The notes under the pieces were generated by a model. That model was not told where the DNA came from, did not search any database, and saw only the letters and a program-made list of their open reading frames with translations. A stretch of DNA of 64,000 nt from Eledone cirrhosa (taxonomy: Eukaryota). This document shows, piece by piece, positions 1 through 11,700 of this stretch. Within the stretch, counting starts at the first letter, position 1, and each line of letters starts with the position of its first letter. The DNA lies in contig OZ024741.1 of assembly GCA_964016885.1 (NCBI GenBank), positions 258,354,001 to 258,418,000 of the forward strand, read 5' to 3'. The position numbers were made by a program, and so were the translations under genes.

Positions 1-69
1 AAATAACAAATAGACGCGGTTTCAAATCTCTATGCTTTTCAAATTCATTACATTAATCTTTATTTACAC
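1..69 (+). repeat. AT-rich element, first copy (TTTACAC allele, shared with 37393 and 56563)
   Basis: Read directly from the sequence. Confidence 0.95.
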
Positions 70-640
70 GTTTCGCTTTACGAGTGTTTCGACTTACGAG
101 TGTTTCGACTTACGAGTGTTTCGACTTACGAGTGTTTCAACTTACGAGTGTTTCGACTTACGAGTGTTTTGACTTACGAGTGTTCTGACTTACGAGTGTT
201 CTGACTTACGAGTGTTTCGACTTACGAGTGTTCTGACTTACGAGTGTTCTGACTTACGAGTGTTTCGACTTACGAGTGTTTCGACTTACGAGTGTTTCGA
301 CTTACGAGTGTTTCGACTTACGAGTGTTTCGACTTACGAGTGTTTCGACTTACGAGTGTTCTGACTTACGAGTGTTCTGACTTACGAATGTTTCGACTTA
401 CGAGTGTTTCGGCTTATGAGTGTTTCGACTTACGAGTGTTTCGATACGAGTGTTCTGACTTACGAGTGTTCTGACTTACGAGTGTTCTGACTTACGAGTG
501 TTCCGACTTTACGAGTGTTTCGGCTCACGAGTGTTTCGGCTTACGAGTGTTTTAATTTACGAGTGTTTTGAATTACGGGTGCTTCGACTTACGCGTGTTT
601 CGACTTACGAGTGTTTCGACTTACGAGTGTTTCGACTTAC

Positions 641-3600
641 GAGTGATTCGACTTAGGAGTGTTTCGGCTGGCGAGTGTTTCGACTTACGAGTGTTTTGAC
701 TTAAGGGTGTTTCGACTTACGAGTGTTTCGACTTACGAGTGTTTCGACTTACGAGTGTTTCGGCTTACGAGTGTTTTGACTTAAGGGTGTTTCGACTTAC
801 GAGTGTTTCGATACGAGTGTTTCGACTTACGAGTGTTCTGACTTACGATTGTTCTGACTTACGAGCGTTCTGACTTACGAGTGTTCTGACTTACGAGTGT
901 TTCGGCTTACGAGTGTTTCGGCTTACGAGTGTTTCGACTTACGAGTGTTTCGACTTACGAGTGTTCCGACTTACGGGTGTTTCGACTTACGAGTGTTTTG
1001 GCTTATAGTGTTTCGGCTTACGAGTGTTTCGAGTTAAGAGTGTTTTGACTTACGCGTGTTTTGACATACGAGTGTTCTGACTTACGAGTGTTCTGACTTA
1101 CGAGTGTTCTGACTTACGAGTGTTCTGACTTACGAGTGTTCCGACTTTACGAGTGTTTCGGCTCTCGAGTGTTTCGGCTTACGAGTGTTTCAACTTACGA
1201 AAATAACAAATAGACGCGGTTTCAAATCTCTATGCTTTTGAAATTCATTACATTAATCTTTATTTATACGTTTCGCTTTACGAGTGTTTCCACTTACGAG
1301 TGTTTCGACATACGAGTGTTTCGACTTACGAGTGTTTCGACTTACGAGTGTTCTGATTTACGGATGTTTCGACATACGAGTGTTTCGACTTACGAATGTT
1401 TCGACTTACGAGTGTTTTGACTTACGGGTGTTTTGACATACGAGTGTTTCGATACGAGTGTTTCGACTTACGAGTGTTCTGACTTACGATTGTTCTGACT
1501 TACGAGCGTTCTGACTTACGAGTGTTTCGGCTTACAAGTGATTCGACTTACGAATGTTTTGACTTACGGGTGTTTCGGCTTGCGAGTGTTTCGACTTACG
1601 AGTGTTTCGGCTTGCAAGTGTTTCGACTTACTAATGATTTTACTTACGAGTGTTTCGGCGTACGTGTGTTTCGACTTACGAGTGTTTCGACTTACGAGTG
1701 TTTTGACTTAATGGTGTTTCGACTTACGAGTGTTTCGACTTACGAGTGTTTCGACTTACGAGTGTTTCGGATTACGAGTGTTTTGACTTGAGGGTTTTCG
1801 ACTTACGAGTGTTTCGATACGAGTGTTTCGACTTACGAGTGTTCTGACTTACGAGTGTTCTGACTTACGAGTGTTCTGACTTACAAGTGTTCTTACTTAC
1901 GACTGTTCCGACTTACGAGTGTTCCGACTTACGAGTGTTTTGGCTTACGGTGTTTCGGCTTACGAGTGTTTCGAGTTACGAGACTTTTGACTTACGCGTG
2001 TTTTGACATACGAGTGTTTCGATACGAGTGTTCTGACTTACGAGTGTTCTGACTTACGAGTGTTCTGAGTTACGAGTGTTCTGACTTACGAGTGTTCCGA
2101 CTTTACGAGTGTTTCGGCTCACGAGTGTTTCGGCTTACGAGTGTTTCGACTTACGAAAATAACAAATAGACGCGGTTTCAAATCTCTATGCTTTTCAAAT
2201 TCATTACATTAATCTTTATTCATACGTTTCGCTTTACGAGTGTTTCGACTTACGAGTGTTTCGACATACGAGTGTTTCGGCTTACGAGTGTTTTGATTTA
2301 CGAGTGTTTTGACTTACGGGTGCTTCGACTTACGCGTGTTTCGACTTACGAGTGTTTCGACTTACGAGTGTTTCGACTTACGAGTGTTTCGGCTTACGAG
2401 TGTTTTGACTTACGAGTGTTTCGGCTGGCGAGTGTTTCGACTTACGAGTGTTTTGACTTAAGGGTGTTTCGACTTACGAGTGTTTCGACTTACGTGTGTT
2501 CCGACTTACGAGTGTTTCGGCTATGGGTGTTTCGACTTACGAGTGTTTCGACTTACGAATGTTTTGGCTTACGAGTGTTTCGGCTTAGGAGTGTTTCGAC
2601 TTACGAATGTTTTGGCTTACGAGTGTTTCGGCTTAGGGGTGTTTCGACTTACGAGTGTTTCGATACGAGTGTTTCGACTTACGAGTGTTTCGGCTTACGA
2701 GTGTTTCGACTTACGAGTGTTTCGACTTACGAGTGTTCTGATTTACGGATGTTTCGACATACGAAGGTTTCGACTTACGAGTGTTTCGACTTACGAGTGT
2801 TTTGACTTACGTGTGTTTTGACATACGAGTGTTTCGATACGAGTGTTTCGACTTACGAGTGTTCTGACTTACGATTGTTCTGAATTACCAGCGTTCTGAC
2901 TTACGAGTGTTTCGGCTTACGAGTGTTTCGGCTTACGAGTGTTTCGACTTACGAGTGTTTCGACTTACGAGTGTTCCGACTTACGGGTGTTTCGACTTAC
3001 GAGTGTTTTGGCTTACGGTGTTTCGACTTACGAGTGTTTCGAGTTAAGAGTGTTTTGACTTACGCGTGTTTTGACATACGAGTGTTCTGACTTACGAGTG
3101 TTCTGACTTACGAGTGTTCTGACTTACGAGTGTTCTGACTTACGAGCGTTCCGACTTTACGGGTGTTTCGGCTCACGAGTGTTTCGGCTTACGAGTGTTT
3201 CGACTTACGAAAATAACAAATAGACGCGGTTTCAAATCTCTATGCTTTTAAAATTCATTACATTAATCTTTATTTATACGTTTCGCTTTACGAGTGTTTC
3301 GACTTACGAGTGTTTCGACATACGAGTGTTTCGACTTACGAATGTTTTTGCTTCCGGGTGTTTCGACTTACGAATGTTGTTGCTTACGAGTGTTTCGGTT
3401 TACGAGAGTTCCGACTTACGAGTGTTCCGACTTACGAGTGTTTCGGCTTACGAGTGTTTCCGGCTTACGAGTGTTTCGACTTAGGAGTGTTTCGACATAC
3501 GAATGTTTTGGCTTACGGGTGTTTCGACTTACGAGTGTTTCGACTTACGGGTGTTTCGACTTACGAGTGTTTTGGCTTACGGTGTTTCGACTTACGAGTG

Positions 3601-6600
3601 TTTCGGCTTACGAGTGTTTTGACTTAATGGTGTTTCGACTTACGAGTGTTTCGATACGAGTGTTTCGACTTACGAGTGTTTCGGCTTACGAGTGTTTCGA
3701 CTTACGAGTGTTTCGACTTACGAGTGTTCTGATTTACGGATGTTTCGAAATACGAGTGTTTCGACTTACGAGTGTTCTGACTTACGATTGTTCTGACTTA
3801 CGAGCGTTCTGACTTACGAGTGTTTCGGCTTACGAGTGTTTCGGCTTACGAGTGTTTCGACTTACGAGTGTTTCGACTTACGAGTGTTCCGACTTACGGG
3901 TGTTTCGACTTACGAGTGTTTTGGCTTACGGTGTTTCGACTTACGAGTGTTTCGAGTTAAGAGTGTTTTGACTTACGCGTGTTTTGACATACGAGTGTTC
4001 TGACTTACGAGTGTTCTGACTTACGAGTGTTCTGACTTACGAGTGTTCCGACTTTACGAGTGTTTCGGCTCACGAGTGTTTCGGCTTACGAGTGTTTCGA
4101 CTTACGAAAATAACATATAGACGCGGTTTCAAATCTCTATGCTTTTGAAATTCATTACATTAATCTTTATTTATACGTTTTGCTTTACGAGTGTTTCGAC
4201 TTACGAGTGTTTCGACATACGAGTGTTTCGACTTACGAATGTTTTTGCTTACGGGTGTTTCGACTTACGAATGTTTCGGCTTACGAGTGTTTCGACTTAC
4301 GAGTGTTCTGACTTACGAGTGTTCTGACTTATGAGTGTTCTGACTTACGAGTGTTCTGACTTACGAGTGTTCTGACTTACGAGTGTTTTGACTTACGGTG
4401 TTTCGGCTTACAAGTGATTCGACTTACGAATGTTTTGACTTACGGGTGTTTCGGCTTGTGAGTGTTTCGACTTACGAGTGTTTCGGCTTATGAGTGTTTC
4501 GACTTACTAATGTTTTTACTTACGAGTGATTCGGCGTACGAGTGTTTTGACTTACGAGTGTTTCGGCTTACGAGTGTTTCGACTTACGAGTGTTCTAACT
4601 TACGAGTGTTCTGACTTATGAGTGTTCTGACTTACGAGTGTTCTGACTTACGAGTGTTCCGACTTACGAGTGTTTCGGCTTACGAGTGTTTCGGCTTACG
4701 AGTGTTTCGTCTTACGAGTGTTCTGACTTACGAGTGTTCTGACTTATGAGTGTTCTGACTTACGAGTGTTCTGACTTACGAGTGTTTCGACTTACGAGTG
4801 TTTTGACTTACTGGTATTTTGACATACGAGTGTTTCGATACGAGTGTTTCGACTTACGAGTGTTCTGACTTACGAGTGTTCTAACTTACGAGTGTTCTGA
4901 CTTACGAGTGTTCCGACATTACGAGTGTTTCGGCTCACGAGTGTTTCGGCTTACGAGTGTTTCGACTTACGAAAATAACATATAGACGCGGTTTCAAATC
5001 TCTATGCTTTTCAAATTCATTACATTAATCTTTATTTATACGTTTCGCTTTACGAGTGTTTCGACTTACGAGTGTTTCGACATACGAGTGTTTCGACTTA
5101 CGAATGTTTTTGCTTACGGGTGTTTCGACTTACGAATGTTTCGGCTTACGAGTGTTTCGACTTACGAGTGTTCTGACTTACGAGTGTTCTGACTTATGAG
5201 TGTTCTGACTTACGAGTGTTCTGACTTACGAGTGTTCTGACTTACGAGTGTTTTGACTTACGGTGTTTCGGCTTACAAGTGATTCGACTTACGAATGTTT
5301 TGACTTACGGGTGTTTCGGCTTGCGAGTGTTTCGACTTACGAGTGTTTCGGCTTATGAGTGTTTCGACTTACTAATGTTTTTACTTACGAGTGTTTCGGC
5401 GTACGAGTGTTTTGAATTACGAGTGTTTCGGCTTACGAGTGTTTCGACTTACGAGTGTTCTGACTTACGAGTGTTCTGACTTATGAGTGTTCTGACTTAC
5501 GAGTGTTCTGACTTACGAGTGTTCCGACTTACGAGTGTTTCGGCTTACGAGTGTTTCGGCTTACGAGTGTTTCGTCTTACGAGTGTTCTGACTTACGAGT
5601 GTTCTGACTTATGAGTGTTCTGACTTACGAGTGTTCTGACTTACGAGTGTTTTGACTTACGGTGTTTCGGCTTACGAGTTATTCGACATACGAGTGTTTC
5701 GACACACGAGTGTTTTGACTTACGGGGGTTTCGACTTACGGGTGTTTCGACTTACGAGTGTTTCGGCTTACGAGTGTTTCGACTTACTAATGTTTTTACT
5801 TACGAGTGTTTCGGTGTACGAGTGTTTCGACTTAAGGATGTTTCGACTTACGAGTGTTTCGACTTACGAGTGTTTCGGCTTACGTGAGTTTCGACTTAAG
5901 GGTGTTTTGACTTACGCGTGTTGTGAATTACGAGTGTTCCGATTTACGAGTGTTTTGACTTACGGTGTTTCGGCTTACGAGTTATTCGACTTACGAATGT
6001 TTTGAGTTACGGGTGTTTTGGCTTGCGAGTGTTTCGACTTACGAGTGTTTCGGCTTATGAGTGTTTCGACTTACTAATGTTTTTACTTACGAGTGTTTCG
6101 GCGTACGAGTGTTTTGACTTACGAGTGTTTCGACTTACGGGTGTTTCGGCTTACGAGTCTTTCGACTTACGAGTGTTTCGGCTGGCAAGTGTTTCGACTT
6201 ACGAGTGTTTTGACTTACGAGTGTTTCGACTTACGAGTGTTTCGGCTTACGAGTGTTTTGACTTAAGGGTGTTTCGAATTACGAGTGTTTCGATACGAGT
6301 GTTTCGACTTACGAGTGTTCTGACTTACGAGTGTTCCGACTTACGAGTGTCTCGGCTTACGAGTGTTTCGGCTTACGAGTGTTTCGACTTACGAGTGTTT
6401 CGACTTAAGAGTGTTCCGACTTACGGGTGTTTCGACTTACGAGTGTTTTGGCTTACGGTGTTTCGACTTACGAGTGTTTCGGCTTACGAGTGTTTTGACT
6501 TAAGGGTGTTTCGACTTACGAGTGTTTCGATACGAGTGTTTCGATTTACGAGTGTTTCGGCTTACGAGTGTTTCGACTTACGAGTGTTTCGACTTACGAG

Positions 6601-8200
6601 TGTTCTGATTTACGGATGTTTCGACATACGAGTGTTTCGACTTACGAGTGTTTCGACTTACGAGTGTTTTGACTTACGGGTGTTTTGACATACGAGTGTT
6701 TCGATACGAGTGTTTCGACTTCGAGTGTTCTGACTTACGATTGTTCTGACTTACGAGCGTTCTGACTTACGAGTGTTTCGGCTTACAAGTGATTCGACTT
6801 ACGAATGTTTTGACTTACGGGTGTTTCGGCTTGCGAGTGTTTCGACTTACGAGTGTTTCGGCTTTCGTGTGTTTCGACTTACTAATGATTTTACTTACGA
6901 GTGTTTCGGCGTACGAGTGTTTCGACTTACGAGTGTTTCGACTTACGAGTGTTCCGACTTACGGGTGTTTCGGATTACGAGTGTTTTGACTTGAGGGTTT
7001 TCGACTTACGAGTGTTTCGATACGAGCGTTTCGACTTACGAGTGTTCTGACTTACGAGTGTTCTGACTTACGAGTGTTCTGACTTACAAGTGTTCTTACT
7101 TACGACTGTTTCGACTTACGAGTGTTCCGACTTACGAGTGTTTCGGCTTACGAGTGTTTCGGCTTACGAGTGTTTCGACTTACGAGTGTTCCGACTTACG
7201 GGTGTTTCGACTTACGAGTGTTTTGGCTTACGGTGTTTCGGCTTACGAGTGTTTCGAGTTACGAGAGTTTTGACTTACGCGTGTTTTGACATACGAGTGT
7301 TTCGATACGAGTGTTCTGACTTACGAGTGTTCTGACTTACGAGTGTTCTGAGTTACGAGTGTTCTGACTTACGAGTGTTCCGACTTTACGAGTGTTTCGG
7401 CTCAAGAGTGTTTCGGCTTACGAGTGTTTCGACTTACGAAAATAACAAATAGACGCGGTTTCAAATCTCTATGCTTTTCAAATTCATTACATTAATCTTT
7501 ATTCATACGTTTCGCTTTACGAGTGTTTCGACTTACGAGTGTTTCGACATACGAGTGTTTCGGCTTACGAGTGTTTTGATTTACGAGTGTTTTGACTTAC
7601 GGGTGCTTCGACTTACGCGTGTTTCGACTTACGAGTGTTTCGACTTACGAGTGTTTCGACTTACGAGTGTTTCGGCTTACGAGTGTTTTGACTTACGAGT
7701 GTTTCGGCTGGCGAGTGTTTCGACTTACGAGTGTTTTGACTTAAGGGTGTTTCGACTTACGAGTGTTTCGACTTACGAGTGTTTCGACTTACGAGTGTTT
7801 CGGCTTACGAGTGTTTTGACTTAAGGGTGTTTCGACTTACGAGTGTTTCGATACGAGTGTTTCGACTTACGAGTGTTCTGACTTACGAGTGTTCCGACTT
7901 ACGAGTGTCTCGGCTTACGAGTGTTTCGGCTTACGAGTGTTTCGACTTACGAGTGTTTCGACTTACGAGTGTTCCGACTTACGTGTGTTTCGACTTACGA
8001 GTGTTTTGGCTTAAGGTGTTTCGACTTACGAGTGTTTCGGCTTACGAGTGTTTTGACTTAAGTGTGTTTCGACTTACGAGTGTTTCGATACGAGTGTTTC
8101 GACTTACGAGTGTTTCGGCTTACGAGTGTTTCGACTTACGAGTGTTTCGACTTACGAGTGTTCTGATTTACGGATGTTTCGACATACGAGTGTTTCGACT
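641..8200 (+). repeat. ~7.5-kb higher-order block, duplicated at ~13,468-21,050 (offset 12,827-12,844)
   Basis: Element spacings 956/1054/897/865/2467 recur as 972/1054/897/865/2468 with the same allele order. ORF-track starts pair up: 1232/14059, 2188/15031, 3242/16085, 7471/20315. Confidence 0.9.
4108..5640 (+). repeat. 865-bp tandem duplication (about 1.8 copies) carrying CATAT-allele elements; repeated at 16,951-18,480
   Basis: Elements at 4108 and 4973 are followed by the same variant order. Confidence 0.8.
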
Positions 8201-8750
8201 TACGAGTGTTTCGACTTACGAGTGATTCGACTTAGGAGTGTTTCGGCTGGCGAGTGTTTCGACTTACGAGTGTTTTGACTTAAGGGTGTTTCGACTTACG
8301 AGTGTTTCGACTTACGAGTGTTTCGACTTACGAGTGTTTCGGCTTACGAGTGTTTTGACTTAAGGGTGTTTCGACTTACGAGTGTTTCGATACGAGTGTT
8401 TCGACTTACGAGTGTTCTGACTTACGATTGTTCTGACTTACGAGCGTTCTGACTTACGAGTGTTCTGACTTACGAGTGTTTCGGCTTACGAGTGTTTCGG
8501 CTTACGAGTGTTTCGACTTACGAGTGTTTCGACTTACGAGTGTTCCGACTTACGGGTGTTTCGACTTACGAGTGTTTTGGCTTATAGTGTTTCGGCTTAC
8601 GAGTGTTTCGAGTTAAGAGTGTTTTGACTTACGCGTGTTTTGACATACGAGTGTTCTGACTTACGAGTGTTCTGACTTACGAGTGTTCTGACTTACGAGT
8701 GTTCTGACTTACGAGTGTTCCGACTTTACGAGTGTTTCGGCTCTCGAGTG
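6060..8750 (+). repeat. ~2.7-kb block duplicated at ~11,310-14,000 (offset 5248)
   Basis: ORF pairs 6773/12021, 7090/12338, 7471/12719 and 7779/13027. A 1-bp deletion (GACTTCGAG) is shared at ~6720 and ~11968. Confidence 0.88.
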
Positions 8751-11700
8751 TTTCGACTTACGAGTGTTCTGACTTACGATTGTTCTGACTTACGAGCGTT
8801 CTGACTTACGAGTGTTTCGGCTTACAAGTGATTCGACTTACGAATGTTTTGACTTACGGGTGTTTCGGCTTGCGAGTGTTTCGACTTACGAGTGTTTCGG
8901 CTTGCAAGTGTTTCGACTTACTAATGATTTTACTTACGAGTGTTTCGGCGTACGTGTGTTTCGACTTACGAGTGTTTCGACTTACGAGTGTTTTGACTTA
9001 AGGGTGTTTCGACTTACGAGTGTTTCGACTTACGAGTGTTTCGACTTACGAGTGTTTCGGATTACGAGTGTTTTGACTTGAGGGTTTTCGACTTACGAGT
9101 GTTTCGATACGAGTGTTTCGACTTACGAGTGTTCTGACTTACGAGTGTTCTGACTTACGAGTGTTCTGACTTACAAGTGTTCTTACTTACGACTGTTCCG
9201 ACTTACGAGTGTTCCGACTTACGAGTGTTTTGGCTTACGGTGTTTCGGCTTACGAGTGTTTCGAGTTACGAGACTTTTGACTTACGCGTGTTTTGACATA
9301 CGAGTGTTTCGATACGAGTGTTCTGACTTACGAGTGTTCTGACTTACGAGTGTTCTGAGTTACGAGTGTTCTGACTTACGAGAGTTCCGACTTTACGAGT
9401 GTTTCGGCTCACGAGTGTTTCGGCTTACGAGTGTTTCGACTTACGAAAATAACAAATAGACGCGGTTTCAAATCTCTATGCTTTTCAAATTCATTACATT
9501 AATCTTTATTCATACGTTTCGCTTTACGAGTGTTTCGACTTACGAGTGTTTCGACATACGAGTGTTTCGGCTTACGAGTGTTTTGATTTACGAGTGTTTT
9601 GACTTACGGGTGCTTCGACTTACGCGTGTTTCGACTTACGAGTGTTTCGACTTACGAGTGTTTCGACTTACGAGTGTTTCGGCTTACGAGTGTTTTGACT
9701 TACGAGTGTTTCGGCTGGCGAGTGTTTCGACTTACGAGTGTTTTGACTTAAGGGTGTTTCGACTTACGAGTGTTTCGACTTACGTGTGTTCCGACTTACG
9801 AGTGTTTCGGCTATGGGTGTTTCGACTTATGAGTGTTTCGACTTACGAATGTTTTGGCTTACGAGTGTTTCGGCTTAGGAGTGTTTCGACTTACGAATGT
9901 TTTGGCTTACGAGTGTTTCGGCTTAGGGGTGTTTCGACTTACGAGTGTTTCGATACGAGTGTTTCGACTTACGAGTGTTTCGGCTTACGAGTGTTTCGAC
10001 TTACGAGTGTTTCGACTTACGAGTGTTCTGATTTACGGATGTTTCGACATACGAAGGTTTCGACTTACGAGTGTTTCGACTTACGAGTGTTTTGACTTAC
10101 GTGTGTTTTGACATACGAGTGTTTCGATACGAGTGTTTCGACTTACGAGTGTTCTGACTTACGATTGTTCTGAATTACGAGCGTTCTGACTTACGAGTGT
10201 TTCGGCTTACGAGTGTTTCGGCTTACGAGTGTTTCGACTTACGAGTGTTTCGACTTACGAGTGTTCCGACTTACGGGTGTTTCGACTTACGAGTGTTTTG
10301 GCTTACGGTGTTTCGACTTACGAGTGTTTCGAGTTAAGAGTGTTTTGACTTACGCGTGTTTTGACATACGAGTGTTCTGACTTACGAGTGTTCTGACTTA
10401 CGAGTGTTCTGACTTACGAGTGTTCTGACTTACGGTGTTTCGGCTTACGAGTTATTCGACATACGAGTGTTTCGACACACGAGTGTTTTGACTTACGGGG
10501 GTTTCGACTTACGGGTGTTTCCACTTACGAGTGTTTCGGCTTACGAGTGTTTCGACTTACTAATGTTTTTACTTACGAGTGTTTCGGTGTACGAGTGTTT
10601 CGACTTAAGGATGTTTCGACTTACGAGTGTTTCGACTTACGAGTGTTTCGGCTTACGTGAGTTTCGACTTAAGGGTGTTTTGACTTACGCGTGTTGTGAA
10701 TTACGAGTGTTCCGATTTACGAGTGTTTTGACTTACGGTGTTTCGGCTTACGAGTTATTCGACTTACGAATGTTTTGACTTACGGGTGTTTTGGCTTGCG
10801 AGTGTTTCGACTTACGAGTGTTTCGGCTTATGAGTGTTTCGACTTACTAATGTTTTTACTTACGAGTGTTTCGGCGTACGAGTGTTTTGACTTACGAGTG
10901 TTTAGACTTACGCGTGTTTCGGCTTACGAGTCTTTCGACTTACGAGTGTTTCGGCTGGCAAGTGTTTCGACTTACGAGTGTTTTGACTTACGAGTGTTTC
11001 GACTTACGAGTGTTTCGGCTTACGAGTGTTTTGACTTAAGGGTGTTTCGAATAACGAGTGTTTCGATACGAGTGTTTCGACTTAGTAGTGTTCTGACTTA
11101 CGAGTGTTCCGACTTACGAGTGTCTCGGCTTACGAGTGTTTCGGCTTACGAGTGTTTCGACTTACGAGTGTTTCGACTTACGAGTGTTCCGTCTTACGGG
11201 TGTTTCGACTTACGAGTGTTTTGGCTTACGGTGTTTCGACTTACGAGTGTTTCGGCTTACGAGTGTTTTGACTTAAGGGTGTTTCGACTTACGAGTGTTT
11301 CGATATGAGTGTTTCGATTTACTAATGTTTTTACTTACGAGTGTTTCGGCGTACGAGTGTTTTGACTTACGAGTGTTTCGACTTACGGGTGTTTCGGCTT
11401 ACGAGTCTTTCGACTTACGAGTGTTTCGGCTGGCAAGTGTTTCGACTTACGAGTGTTTTGACTTACGAGTGTTTCGACTTACGAGTGTTTCGGCTTACGA
11501 GTGTTTTGACTTAAGGGTGTTTCGAATTACGAGTGTTTCGATACGAGTGTTTCGACTTACGAGTGTTCTGACTTACGAGTGTTCCGACTTACGAGTGTCT
11601 CGGCTTACGAGTGTTTCGGCTTACGAGTGTTTCGACTTACGAGTGTTTCGACTTAAGAGTGTTCCGACTTACGGGTGTTTCGACTTACGAGTGTTTTGGC

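Noticed and set aside
1201-1269. Element as a MITE, SINE or independently mobile insertion
   Set aside because: No terminal inverted repeats, target-site duplication, poly(A) tail or Pol III A/B boxes are visible, and shared flanks indicate co-amplification.
1201-1269. Element as a tRNA, 5S, spliced-leader or snRNA gene
   Set aside because: I find no cloverleaf, recognisable conserved sequence or convincing stem-loops by eye; an Rfam/Infernal search would settle it.
4500-4525. TACTAAT variant as a splice branch point
   Set aside because: It is a recurring monomer variant spread by duplication, does not match TACTAAC, and has no exon context.
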